64,000 nt of DNA from a plasmid, in sequence record NZ_CP027239.1; one strand, written 5' to 3'. The notes beneath the pieces are model-generated. The model searched no databases. It worked only from the letters and a program-made list of their open reading frames with translations, and was not told where the DNA came from. Each line of letters begins with the position of its first letter. Position 1 is the first letter of the stretch. A program made the translations under genes and the position numbers. Positions 19,000 to 28,760 of this stretch are shown piece by piece.

Positions 19000-19170
19000 T
19001 CACCACGGGCCCACCTCGAGAAGTTTGACGACGCCCTGGCCGATGACCGCTGCGGCTGTCACCTCCGTGAGCCACGAGCCGAGCCGCCGAACCCACCAGC
19101 CGAGCCGCCGAATCCACCGGCCCGCCCCGCCGTCGTCGCCGCCGTAGCCGTTGCTTCCCTTGTTCCTCAT
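19000..19170 (-). CDS. small Gly/Arg/Trp-rich protein (56 aa)
   Basis: Minus-strand ATG (MRNKGSNGYGGDD...) in a locally lower-GC patch; weak. Confidence 0.25.
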   Translation of the reverse strand: MRNKGSNGYGGDDGGAGRWIRRLGWWVRRLGSWLTEVTAAAVIGQGVVKLLEVGPW

Positions 19171-19479
19171 CTCGACGTACCCCTTGGGGTTTGGGCCCTC
19201 GCCGGCTGCGTGGGCCTGTACCTCTTCACTGGGAAGCCGCAAGGTTCACAGCATCACCCCGCGATCCGACCGGGCCCTGAGCTCGCTGACAGTCACTACA
19301 TCTGGACCAGCTGACCCGGACCTGCCGCGCAAGGGGAGGGGCCGGCCACCCGCCGGGCTGTCCGAACCGGGGGCCAGGTCAGCGCATCGAACCTCCGCAG
19401 CCGATACCGCGGTACTGCTGCACCCCGAGGGAGCGGGCAGAAGGTGGAGGCGACAAACGACATCGCCCAGGAGGACGCC

Positions 19480-19821
19480 ATGACCACCATCGCTGACCGC
19501 GCCGCCGAGATCCTCGCAGGCTGGGACGCCGACGACGCCGCCGCCAAGGAGCGCCTCGAAGCCCACACCGCATGGGTCACCCACATGGTCGAGGTGGAGC
19601 GCATCCGTCCCGAAACCCTGCCCTGCATCCACGGCACCGCCTTCTGGCCAGACCGCGGTCAAGTCTGCACCTCCTGCGAGTCCGAGGCCGAGGCCATCGC
19701 CTACGACTACCGCACCCCCGAGGAGGTCGCCGCCGACCGCCAGCGGGCCGCCCTGGCTCAAGCGGAGCGGGAAGCAGCGCACGCCGCCGAACCCGGCTCG
19801 TGGACCGATCACCCGTTCTGA
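19480..19821 (+). CDS. hypothetical protein (113 aa) with C..H...C..C cluster
   Basis: Motif 57 bp upstream; RBS ggagga. Confidence 0.5.
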   Translation: MTTIADRAAEILAGWDADDAAAKERLEAHTAWVTHMVEVERIRPETLPCIHGTAFWPDRGQVCTSCESEAEAIAYDYRTPEEVAADRQRAALAQAEREAAHAAEPGSWTDHPF

Positions 19822-19851
19822 CCAGCCACACGCCCACACGAGGAGGACTCG

Positions 19852-21126
19852 ATGACCACGATGACACTGACCGACGATGACCGCGCCGACACCGCCGCCG
19901 AGTCCGGCCGCGAGTTCGACATCCCCGCCTGCGCTGTGTCGGAGGCGATCGGCCGAATCGACCGCGCGAACCGCCGCCTCGAGCGGGCCGGCATCGAGTC
20001 CCGGTTCGTCTACGAGCTCACCCCCTACGAGCACACCGCCACCCGCGACGGCATCACCCGCACCGAACGCCGCGTGGTGCTGACCATCAACTCGCCTGCC
20101 CTGTCGTTCGGCGGGTGGCGGTTCCAGGCGGCCCTGGACATCATCGACGGGCAAGCCATCGTCTCCGCCCCGCCCGGCGTCGACCTGTCGGACTGGGAGC
20201 GGCCAGACGCCCACCAGTGCGACCACTGCGGCCTCAACCGGACCCGCACCCACTCCTACGTGGTGCGCCACGAGGACACCGGCGAGCTGCGCCAGATCGG
20301 GCGTTCCTGCCTGCCCCTGTTCCTGGGAGTGCGCCCGGCCGGACTGTGGGCCTTGCAGTGGGACTACGACGACCTGGAGATGTTCACCGACCGCGACGCC
20401 CACGGCAACGCCCCAGTCGTGGTCACGTCCTACGACCCCCGCGAGCTGCTGGCCCTGACGACAGTGCTCAGTGAGCGTGGGCGCCGCTACGTCTCCCGCG
20501 CTGCGGCCGGTGATGGCCGCACCGCCACCGCCGACATCCTGTGGTCGATTCTGGATCCGTCGCCGTACGAGACCAGCCAGGTGCGGGCGTGGCGCGAGGA
20601 GATCACCGCCGCCGCGGCACTGGTGCCCGCCGGCGACATCGACGACATGATCGCCACCGCCACCACGATGGGCGACTCTGACTACGCCCAGAACCTGCGA
20701 GTATTGGCTGGCCAGGACCACATCCCGGCCCGCCACGTCGCACTGTGGGCATCCCTGGTCGGCGTCTACTTCCGCCGAGAACGAGACAAGGACCGCCGGG
20801 CCGCGCTGCCGGAGCTGACCGGCGGCTACCTGGCAGACAAGGGCGCAAAGATCGCCGACATCACCGGCATCGTCACCACGTTGACCAGCTGGGAATCGGA
20901 CTACGGCTACCCGCCCAAGACGGTCACCCTGCTCGTGGTGCACACCGACTGCGGTCACCTGCTCAAGTGGCAGGGGACGGTGCCCGACGAGGTCGACGGC
21001 CAGCGCCTGGAGTGCGGGCAGCGCGTGACCATCGCCCGGGCCACGGTCAAGGCCCACGAGCAGTGGAAGGGCACCCCGCAGACCCGCATCGTCCGAGCAA
21101 AGCTGACGCGTCCCGCCACCGAGTAG
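19852..21126 (+). CDS. hypothetical protein (424 aa) with zinc-ribbon-like HQCDHCG...C motif
   Basis: RBS gaggagg; GC3-rich; the larger minus-strand ORF 19246..21057 is a Gly/Ala/Arg shadow. Confidence 0.6.
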   Translation: MTTMTLTDDDRADTAAESGREFDIPACAVSEAIGRIDRANRRLERAGIESRFVYELTPYEHTATRDGITRTERRVVLTINSPALSFGGWRFQAALDIIDGQAIVSAPPGVDLSDWERPDAHQCDHCGLNRTRTHSYVVRHEDTGELRQIGRSCLPLFLGVRPAGLWALQWDYDDLEMFTDRDAHGNAPVVVTSYDPRELLALTTVLSERGRRYVSRAAAGDGRTATADILWSILDPSPYETSQVRAWREEITAAAALVPAGDIDDMIATATTMGDSDYAQNLRVLAGQDHIPARHVALWASLVGVYFRRERDKDRRAALPELTGGYLADKGAKIADITGIVTTLTSWESDYGYPPKTVTLLVVHTDCGHLLKWQGTVPDEVDGQRLECGQRVTIARATVKAHEQWKGTPQTRIVRAKLTRPATE

Positions 21127-21177
21127 GGGCGCCGCCGGTGGCCCTCACGAGCCGGTCAGGCGACGCCTCAGATGGCC

Positions 21178-21262
21178 TGCTCGTGGAGGCCGTGCCTACC
21201 TTCTCGTGGAGGCCGTGCCCGCCTTCTCGTGGAGGGGGTGGCCCCCTTCTCTTGGAGAAGTA
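21178..21262 (+). repeat. tandem ~22-bp repeats (cttctcgtggaggccgtgcc[c/t][a/g]c x ~3.5)
   Basis: Visible direct repetition in the intergenic space after 19852..21126. Confidence 0.7.
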
Positions 21263-21486
21263 GAGAGCCCTTTGGATCTCCGCTGAGGCGGGGCGCCCGC
21301 CGCGGGGCGCCGGCGCTGTCCGGGCCAGCCGGCAGAGCGTTGGCCGCCCGCCGCCACCCGCTGCCGCCCGGGGCGAGCCGCCGCCGGCGAGCGTGCGGCG
21401 CCGTGGCCCGCGCGAGTGCTGCTGCACCCGTCGACTCCGACGAGAGGCTGGCCACGTCACGCAGCCCACCCCGAAGGAGCCCCCTA

Positions 21487-21903
21487 ATGCGCAGCCACAG
21501 GCTCAGCCTCAACTACTTCACCGCGCCAGCGCCCGCTGGCGTCAGCGGTGACTTCTGGATCGACTACCTCGAGGACGTCCTGATCGACCTCAGCCGCGAC
21601 GACGTCGGAGACGCCATCGCCAACCACTCGGCGTACCCGCTGGAGGACTACGTCCCCGACGGCGGTAAGTCCGCGGTCCTGACATGGCTCAACGAGCAGG
21701 TGGCGGCGCTGCGCCACGGCAGCCGCCACGTCGAGATCCTCTACCCGCCCGGACTGACCATTGACGGCGAGCCCGCCGCGCTGGTGACGGCCAGCGACGA
21801 CGGCATCGACTGCGCCTCACAGCAGGCGACCGCGTTCGCGATGCTCGCGTGGCTGGTCAACGACCGCCAGGCCCAGGACCACCGCCGCGACTTCGCCGCC
21901 TAG
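21487..21903 (+). CDS. hypothetical protein (138 aa)
   Basis: Motif 60 bp upstream; RBS gaaggag. Confidence 0.5.
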   Translation: MRSHRLSLNYFTAPAPAGVSGDFWIDYLEDVLIDLSRDDVGDAIANHSAYPLEDYVPDGGKSAVLTWLNEQVAALRHGSRHVEILYPPGLTIDGEPAALVTASDDGIDCASQQATAFAMLAWLVNDRQAQDHRRDFAA

Positions 21904-21914
21904 CCCCTCCCAAC

Positions 21915-21946
21915 GGCCCCGGCCCCAGCACGCGGGGCCGGGGCCC
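21915..21946 (+). terminator. hairpin ggccccggcccc-N7-ggggccggggcc
   Basis: 12-bp perfect stem after stop 21903. Confidence 0.45.
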
Positions 21947-22146
21947 TCTCGCTGCCGCCCACCCGGCCGCTCTGTCCAAACGCCCGCAGGTCGCTCGTGG
22001 ACCTGCCGCAGCGGCATGACCGGCCCATACCTTTACTCCAGCTCATTGACAGGTGGGTTCTCTTCTCCGCCTCGCAGATCTGCTGCACCGGCGCGAGGCA
22101 CCGAGACGATATGGGCACACATCCAGCCAGCACAGAGGAGCAGGCC

Positions 22147-22284
22147 ATGAAGGCAACAGACACGGTCAGGCAGGGAGCAACCGCCCTGGCCCGCCACCTG
22201 GCGGCCGGAACGGGAGCGGGCCTGCGGCTGCTCGTGCTGGTGACCATCGACCACGCTCTCGACACCCCGCTGCCCCGCTACTGA
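22147..22284 (+). CDS. small hydrophobic protein (45 aa)
   Basis: Motif 58 bp upstream at the family-typical spacing; RBS agaggagcagg. Confidence 0.3.
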   Translation: MKATDTVRQGATALARHLAAGTGAGLRLLVLVTIDHALDTPLPRY

Positions 22285-22343
22285 CGACCGCCCGGCCGCG
22301 CGGCTCAACAAGACGTGGCCACAGTCCCGCGAAAGGACATCCC

Positions 22344-23072
22344 ATGAGCACTGAAACCACCCACTTTGACCGCGCCAAGATGACGGACCGTGTCGGCAAG
22401 CTGTTCGCCAAGGCTGCCTCCACCTCCAGCGAAGAGGAGGCGTCGGCGCTGCTGGAGAGGGCGTTCGCGCTGAGCGCCAAGTACGGCATCGACGAGGCGC
22501 TGGCCCGCTCGGGTGGCGACATCGACGCGGCGGAGATCGTCACCGTCACTATCGACGTCACCGGCCGTTACCAGCCCGACCAGATCGGCCTGGTCGCCTC
22601 GATAGCGAACGCGTTGCACTGCAAGGTGGTCACGGTCCAGGCTGGCCAGAACCGTAAGTGCATGGTGGTCGGTGCTCGCCGTCACACCGATCGCGTGACG
22701 ATGCTTGCGGGCTACCTCATTGGCATCATGCTCACGCGCGCCGCCAAGACGCGTCCCTCGCATCCGGGAGTGCCGACCGTGGCCCATCGCAAGAGCTTCA
22801 TGACGGGGTTCGCCTTCGCGGTCGGGTCCAGGTTGGCTGCGGCGGAGGACAACGCCGTGCACGACAGCGTCGACACCAAGGGTGCGGCACTGGTGCTGGC
22901 CAGCGATGCCGACCGTGCGGCGGCCGAACTTGACCGTCAGTTCCCCACCGCGGTGCCCGGTCGGCGCCGAAAGGTCGGCGTCTCGGGAATCGACGAAGGG
23001 CGCAGCGCCGCCAACGACCTCGACCTCGGCCAGGCCCGGTTCGCCGGCCACCGGCACGCCCTGACCGCCTGA
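22344..23072 (+). CDS. hypothetical protein (242 aa), DUF2786-like N-terminus (KLFAKAASTSSEEEASALLERAFALSAKYGIDE)
   Basis: RBS gaaaggacat; the N-terminal alpha-helical module recurs in actinobacterial plasmid/phage proteins (from memory, not searched). Confidence 0.55.
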   Translation: MSTETTHFDRAKMTDRVGKLFAKAASTSSEEEASALLERAFALSAKYGIDEALARSGGDIDAAEIVTVTIDVTGRYQPDQIGLVASIANALHCKVVTVQAGQNRKCMVVGARRHTDRVTMLAGYLIGIMLTRAAKTRPSHPGVPTVAHRKSFMTGFAFAVGSRLAAAEDNAVHDSVDTKGAALVLASDADRAAAELDRQFPTAVPGRRRKVGVSGIDEGRSAANDLDLGQARFAGHRHALTA

Positions 23073-23296
23073 CCGCCTGACCCCAGCGGCGGTCAACGGA
23101 CCAGCCCCCGGCGGATCCCCGCCGGGGGCTGCACTTTCGCCCGAGCTCGCTGGCCCCCCTGTCCGCTTCGCCCGCCGAACGCACACCGCCAGCAGGCCCT
23201 GACATGGCGTGTGATCTGCGCGTTTATGGCTGCTGCAGTTTCCGGACGGCGCGAAACGATGAGTCGGTCAGCGCATCCGGATGGAAGGGGAACAGC

Positions 23297-23557
23297 ATGG
23301 CAATTCCGAAGAGGCTCAAGACGGTATTCGCCCTAGCGCAGGACCACGGGTGGACCGTCACAGAGACCAAGGACGGGCACCCCGCCCTAGTTCCCCCGAA
23401 GGGGACGGTCGATCACCAAGGCAGGCCGGTGGCGCTCGTAGCGTTCGCGAAGACCCCCTCGGACCACCGCGCCGACAAGAACGCCATCGCGGCGCTGCGT
23501 CGGCTAGGGCTCGGCGTCCCGGCAAAGGGGCATACTAAGAAGAAGGCACAACGATGA
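23297..23557 (+). CDS. hypothetical basic protein (86 aa)
   Basis: CTGCTGCAG variant motif 59 bp upstream; RBS ggaagggga. Confidence 0.5.
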   Translation: MAIPKRLKTVFALAQDHGWTVTETKDGHPALVPPKGTVDHQGRPVALVAFAKTPSDHRADKNAIAALRRLGLGVPAKGHTKKKAQR

Positions 23558-23922
23558 TCTGGGAAGAGGTGACCGCAATGACGAACCGCCACTGGCAGGT
23601 GTTCGCCGATCTGGCGGCCCGCGACCACGCCGCGCACGCGCGGGTGCTCGAGGCGGTCCCGGGCGCGGCGCTGACGCACTTCGCGGACGGCAGTGCAGAA
23701 GCCACGATGATCATCGACGCACCCACCCAGCACGAAGCCACCCTGTTCGTGCGGCTGGCGCTGCTGGAGCTCGACTTGGAAGCCACCGGCCTGTCGGTAG
23801 AAGAGACCGGCCCAGACGACGTTGGTGAGCCGTTCGAGCCACTGGACTTGGCGGACCCGGCGATGGCCCGGGCGCAGGAGTGGGCGCACTCCCTGGCCCG
23901 ACCCATCCCGGCCCTGACCTGA
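23554..23922 (+). CDS. hypothetical acidic protein (122 aa)
   Basis: ATGA start/stop overlap with previous gene (translational coupling). Confidence 0.5.
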   Translation: MIWEEVTAMTNRHWQVFADLAARDHAAHARVLEAVPGAALTHFADGSAEATMIIDAPTQHEATLFVRLALLELDLEATGLSVEETGPDDVGEPFEPLDLADPAMARAQEWAHSLARPIPALT

Positions 23923-24126
23923 CACACCACTGACGTAGCCGCTGCTGCCCGCCTCGCTCATTCCGGGGCGGGCAGCGGCGATTTCGCACTCCCCTCGGGC
24001 GGCTGGCTGTCCGGCCACGCCCCCCGGCCGCGGCACCGCCGGCGTCTCGGCAGAGCTGTGCCGGCATGCCCGTCGGGTTAACTGTGCGGACCCCGCCGAC
24101 TGGCAGAGGCGCGACCGTGAAAAGAG

Positions 24127-24396
24127 GTGCTCGTGGACCCGTTGTTCGACCTGGACCTGGCCGTCGCCGGCCTACCGGACGATGGCGGACTGTTTCCCGC
24201 CGGAGCCGCAGCCCCGCACCTCGAGGAACCGGCCCTGGGGCGCCACGGACAACTGGTGTGGTTCTGGCATCCGGGCCACGGCGAGACCGTCGTAGGCACC
24301 TGGTTCGGCCCCGGTCCCCGCGCAGACGCCATCGCCGTCACCTACGGCGGCGACCTGCTGCTGATCGACACCACAACGTGGACGATCACCGTGTGA
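24127..24396 (+). CDS. hypothetical protein (89 aa)
   Basis: GTG start with RBS gaaaagagg. Confidence 0.45.
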   Translation: MLVDPLFDLDLAVAGLPDDGGLFPAGAAAPHLEEPALGRHGQLVWFWHPGHGETVVGTWFGPGPRADAIAVTYGGDLLLIDTTTWTITV

Positions 24397-24533
24397 CCCC
24401 AGCTGCCGTCGGACAGGCCCGGGAGCATGCTGCCGGCCGGGCCCGCGAGCTCGCTCAGGGGTACGGGTCACCACACTCCGCGCGACGGCCGAGAAGGTGG
24501 GATCCACACCCACCCCTGCTCGAAAGGCCCACC

Positions 24534-24962
24534 ATGACGATCGCCTCCCTGAACACCGTGACGGGGCTGCTCATCGCAGTCGACGGCACCACGAGCCGCC
24601 AACCCCTCCACCGCGTCGAAGGCACCGTCCTGGCCGGCCTGCAGGGCCTCGTGGGTGCCGAGGACGTCGAGTCGGTGCCACTGAGGGACTGCCCCAACAA
24701 GCCGGGTAGGACAGTCGACGCGTGGGCAGCGGCCGGAAGCGACCTGCAGCCCAACTGGGTAGCCACCGCGCTGGCAGCCCTGGTCAGTGACGATCACCGC
24801 CGCGTCCTGCACGGGCCGGTTGTACTGCTGACGACAGACCAGCGCACCGGGCGTTGTCACAGCCTGCCCTCCGAGCTGGTGGGTGGGATCGGAACCGCCG
24901 CGTCCCGCCTGGCGCAGGCCTCGACGATCGCAGGGAAGGTCGAGCATGCTCTGCGCGCCTGA
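24534..24962 (+). CDS. hypothetical protein, paralog family 1
   Basis: RBS gaaagg; LIAVDGTTSRQP...LHGPVVLLTTDQRTG shared with 3585..3959 and 30276..30749; the N-terminal extension of track ORF 24066..24962 is Arg/Pro junk. Confidence 0.6.
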   Translation: MTIASLNTVTGLLIAVDGTTSRQPLHRVEGTVLAGLQGLVGAEDVESVPLRDCPNKPGRTVDAWAAAGSDLQPNWVATALAALVSDDHRRVLHGPVVLLTTDQRTGRCHSLPSELVGGIGTAASRLAQASTIAGKVEHALRA

Positions 24963-25049
24963 CCCGCCCAGCTAGAAGCGGCTCCACGGCATGCCCACCC
25001 CTTAGGGTTTTGCTCATCGGAACAAAACTCTCAGGGGAGGCGACTGCGG

Positions 25050-27158
25050 GTGTGTATCGCAGAAGACCAGCCCGGCGGGCCCAAAAGGTGCCCAGCCGAC
25101 ACCGCCAAAGCGGTCGCTGACGCAGAAGCTCGAGTGCAAGCGATCCTCGCCCAGCGAGAGGAAATCGAAGCCAACCTCGCCCTGATCGAAGCGAAGTTCC
25201 TGTCCGGTGACCCTGCAGCGGTCGCCGCGGACCTGGATAGCGCCAAGACCGACCTCGACTTCGCCAAGACCGACCTCGAGGAAGCGAGCGAGCACCACGG
25301 CCTTCAAGAGAAGCTCGCCCAGGCACAGAAGACGCCAGCGCAGACCTACCTCGAATCCACCGAAGCAGACCTCGCCCAAGCCGAACTGGACGCCGACGAA
25401 GCCCGCAAGGCCTACCAGCGGGTACAGCGCAAGACCTCCGCCGCGAAGAAGAACCTCGCCGAAGGCGAGACGACCTCCCCCGAACTGGAAGAGCTCGAGC
25501 AGCAGAAGCTCGAAGCCAAACTCCACTGGGACACCTGCAAGGCAGATGTGAAGCTGCAGGAAAAGCGCGTCGCCGAAGCCGGCCAGTTCATCAAAGACGA
25601 GAACCTCGGCCGTGAATGGGCCGCATCCACAGACCTGCCAGAAGAAGAGCGGGATGCCTACCTGGCTGGGCTGTCCGACGAGGATCTCGAGGCGATCGGC
25701 CGGTACCAGGCCCACGGTCTCCGGGCCGAGATTGACGAAGCGCTGCCCGTTGGCGGGACTCCGACGATCGACGACCGTGAACGTGACACCAGCATCTACG
25801 GTCCTGGCACCATCACCTGGCACCACGGTGGCGCGGTCGAAGAGGTCGAAGGTCGAATCCTGGACGCCGACACCGCCATCTACCGCAAGGGCTACGGCGA
25901 CTTTTACATCCTGCTCAAAAACGGTGACGAGTACGAAACTGTCGGGCAGGCCGATTCCAAGGCCGCAGCAGTGGCCCAGGCGAACCAGATTCCGGTCCTG
26001 ACCCAGATGGAGCCGCTACCTGACGGTGCCACTGAGCTGCAACGCGAGGTGTGGCAAGCCAAGGCGGAACTGCGGGCAGGTGCAGCGGAGCAAGCCGCGG
26101 TGGTCTCATCGGCGAAGGCCCAAGCCGAGGCGCGGGCAAAGCTCGCCGACGTCGAGGGGGCAGCCCGGGACCGCGTGGTGGACCTCAGCGTGGTGGGCCC
26201 GGTCCAGGCTGAGGCCAGGGACGGCCGGCTGCGGCACGTCAAGCGCGAACGGGAGAAGGCCGCCGACGCCGCTGGAGCCAAGGCCCGCGAGGAGGCGCTG
26301 GCTGCTGGAGCGTCGGCGGCGGACGCGGACAAGGCGTACGAGACGGCCCGGCGGAAGTCGCTGGGCACCGTGACGCTGCGCGGCGGGGTGATCCCGCATT
26401 TCAACCACCGCATCCCCCCCGAGAGTCTGGGGCAAGACGGCTACAACGCCCTGGCGCGCAGTGGCATCCGCGCATGGGGCGTGGAAACGGCGAACGACTA
26501 CTCCGTGATCGGGAAACGACTCGGCAGCCCGCAGTCGTGGGGGTTCCACGGTGGGCCGCACAATCTGCAGACGTCGAATATCGACGAGCTGACCAACCGG
26601 GCCAGGCCCTTCCTGAACAACGAGCTCACCGCAGCGGAGCGCAAGTCCCTGACGGCCTACACGGGCGGGATCTACCAGAGCATCAACGCCGCGGTCACCG
26701 GGCGGGACAAGAACCCGGCGTCGAGCATCGCCACCCACGTCTCCCGAATTGAGTCAGCGTTCGGCAAGTTGGCGGCCTCCCAGAAGCACGCGGAGCCGAT
26801 GGTCGTCGTGCGTGGCACGGGCGTTCCGTCGGGTTGGAAGGGCACCACGAAGGAATTTCTGGACAAGACCTTCACCCCAGGCAGTCGCGTCGAGATTGGA
26901 AAAATTACCTCTACCAGCACCAAAACGTCGATCGCTTCCGGGTTCGGCAACGGTAAGGACCCGTACGTCATGGCGATCCGCTCACGCACCGGGCTGGCGG
27001 TCAAGAGCATCTCCAGTCACAGTCACGAAGATGAGGTGCTGATGACGATGGGCACCAAGATGCGCTGCGTCGACATCCAGGAGAAGGGGATGCACGGCCG
27101 CCCGACCGTCTACCTCGTGGAAGAGGACCTCGTCGCTGAGGCCGAAGATGGGCTGTGA
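25050..27158 (+). CDS. coiled-coil protein with C-terminal R-S-E class mono-ADP-ribosyltransferase domain
   Basis: GTG start with RBS aggggagg in an AT-rich promoter patch; C-terminus has LTAYTGGIYQSIN, VVVRGTG (Arg), ITSTSTKT (STS) and HEDEVLM (ExE) in canonical order; no signal peptide. Confidence 0.8.
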   Translation: MCIAEDQPGGPKRCPADTAKAVADAEARVQAILAQREEIEANLALIEAKFLSGDPAAVAADLDSAKTDLDFAKTDLEEASEHHGLQEKLAQAQKTPAQTYLESTEADLAQAELDADEARKAYQRVQRKTSAAKKNLAEGETTSPELEELEQQKLEAKLHWDTCKADVKLQEKRVAEAGQFIKDENLGREWAASTDLPEEERDAYLAGLSDEDLEAIGRYQAHGLRAEIDEALPVGGTPTIDDRERDTSIYGPGTITWHHGGAVEEVEGRILDADTAIYRKGYGDFYILLKNGDEYETVGQADSKAAAVAQANQIPVLTQMEPLPDGATELQREVWQAKAELRAGAAEQAAVVSSAKAQAEARAKLADVEGAARDRVVDLSVVGPVQAEARDGRLRHVKREREKAADAAGAKAREEALAAGASAADADKAYETARRKSLGTVTLRGGVIPHFNHRIPPESLGQDGYNALARSGIRAWGVETANDYSVIGKRLGSPQSWGFHGGPHNLQTSNIDELTNRARPFLNNELTAAERKSLTAYTGGIYQSINAAVTGRDKNPASSIATHVSRIESAFGKLAASQKHAEPMVVVRGTGVPSGWKGTTKEFLDKTFTPGSRVEIGKITSTSTKTSIASGFGNGKDPYVMAIRSRTGLAVKSISSHSHEDEVLMTMGTKMRCVDIQEKGMHGRPTVYLVEEDLVAEAEDGL

Positions 27159-27273
27159 TTGGGGCAGTTGATCGTCGGTGCTGCTGCACCGCGCAAGCCC
27201 CATGATTGACTCGATTCATACCAACGGACTGAGCCTTACACCGAGGAGGACTCACCACCGGAAAGGACACGAC

Positions 27274-27480
27274 ATGAAGGTCAGCAAGGAACAGATCCAG
27301 ATTCTGAACGAGCACATCGCAGAGAACCCGGACCAGGGGCCGCACGAGATCGCCCGCTACATCGCCCGCATCACTGACATGGGTGAAGACGACACTTTCG
27401 CCCTGGCCACCATCGTGAAGCACCTCAAGAACGGCGACCCGCTCCCGGCCGCGTACCTGGCCGAAGACCAGGGCGACTGA
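27274..27480 (+). CDS. small protein (68 aa) between ART and ARH genes
   Basis: RBS ggaaaggac; stop overlaps the ARH start (TGATG). Confidence 0.5.
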   Translation: MKVSKEQIQILNEHIAENPDQGPHEIARYIARITDMGEDDTFALATIVKHLKNGDPLPAAYLAEDQGD

Positions 27481-28583
27481 TGAGCCAGGCAGACAACACG
27501 GCCCGCTACGCCAACGCGCTGATCGGCGGAGCCGCCGGCGACGCCTGGGGCTACCAGGTCGAGTTCACCAAGTACCCGAAGATGCCCGCCTACCCCGTGA
27601 GCCCGCCGGCCGGCGACTGGATCATCTCCGATGACACCCAGATGCTGCTGGCGACCCACAACGCGCTGCACGATGTCGTGGACTTCGATGACATCGACGA
27701 GGTGGCCGAGGTGATCCTCGACCGGTACCTGGACTGGGCGGTAGACCCAGACAACAACCGAGCGCCCGGGACGACGTGCATGAGTGCGCTCTGGAACATC
27801 GAATCGGGCAAGCATTGGAACGCCGGCGGTGCCCGCTACTCGGCGGGCTGCGGCGCGGTCATGCGGCTGGCCCCGGCTGCGTTCGCCCCGCAGCAGTACC
27901 GGCGAGGTCTGGCCGTGCTGCAGGCCGTCGTCACCCACCGCCACCCCAAGGCCGCCCTGTCGGCGCTGCTGCTGTGCGATGCCTTCACCGTCGCCGGCCA
28001 GGCACCGCTCCTGGAGCACGCCCGAGCTGACCTGATGACGCTCGCGACCCGCCTGCCGGATGCGTGGGCAGACGACGACTACCTCCTGCGAGTCCTGGCC
28101 CTGCTGACCGACGACCCGCACGCCTACCTGTCTTCCGCACTTGGCCCCGAGCCCGGCCGTCGCGGGCCGTCGATGGAGCAGGCGTTCACCGCAGCGGCAG
28201 AACGTCTGGCCATCGAAACCCACTCCACCGGCTGGGCTGGTGACCCCTGCGCCGGAATCGGCGAAGGTTGGGACGCAGCAACCGCCACCGCACTGGGGAT
28301 GCTGGCCGCCGACCTGCACCGCAACGGCCGCCTCGGCCCGGTGGAGGCCATTGCCTGGGCGGCGACCAGCAACGGCGACTCCGACTCAATCGCCACCCTC
28401 GCCGGCGCCCTCATCGGAGCCGCCAGCAGCGACCCCGGATTCTGGGGCGACCACCAGCTGGGCCTATGCCTGGAGCCGCGCTACGCAGACGAAATCGACA
28501 ACGCCGCATCGCAGGGCCCCGCAAGCACCCTGGCCGGGGTATCAGCAGCCATGGATCGACCAGTGGGCCTGACAGGCGTCTAG
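27480..28583 (+). CDS. ADP-ribosyl-[protein] glycohydrolase (ARH/DraG family)
   Basis: Family motifs GGAAGDAWGY, SDDTQM, APGTTCMSA and C-terminal SNGDSDSIATLAGALIGA (Mg-binding Asp cluster). Confidence 0.85.
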   Translation: MSQADNTARYANALIGGAAGDAWGYQVEFTKYPKMPAYPVSPPAGDWIISDDTQMLLATHNALHDVVDFDDIDEVAEVILDRYLDWAVDPDNNRAPGTTCMSALWNIESGKHWNAGGARYSAGCGAVMRLAPAAFAPQQYRRGLAVLQAVVTHRHPKAALSALLLCDAFTVAGQAPLLEHARADLMTLATRLPDAWADDDYLLRVLALLTDDPHAYLSSALGPEPGRRGPSMEQAFTAAAERLAIETHSTGWAGDPCAGIGEGWDAATATALGMLAADLHRNGRLGPVEAIAWAATSNGDSDSIATLAGALIGAASSDPGFWGDHQLGLCLEPRYADEIDNAASQGPASTLAGVSAAMDRPVGLTGV

Positions 28584-28760
28584 AAGGCCGAGTGTTCCGC
28601 AGGCTTGAAGACGCCGCGCGGGTCAAGGAGTCGGTGCGGGTCTTCACCACGACGGGGCAGACCTTCGTTGGCCTCCCGTCGTTCCGGCACTCCTGCGCGC
28701 GGTCGGCTTTTCTCTGACGGCGGAGGAGATGACGTCCATGGCGGGACGATGCGTGACTGC

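Noticed and set aside
19246-21057. 603-aa minus-strand ORF (Gly/Ala/Arg/Val-rich)
   Set aside because: Antisense shadow of the + strand gene 19852..21126, as expected in 70% GC DNA. It has low-complexity composition and no RBS. The + strand has an RBS and the regular upstream architecture.
24066-24533. N-terminal 156 codons of track ORF 24066..24962
   Set aside because: Arg/Pro-rich low-complexity translation with no RBS. A proper RBS+ATG at 24534 starts a product that aligns with its paralogs from residue 1.
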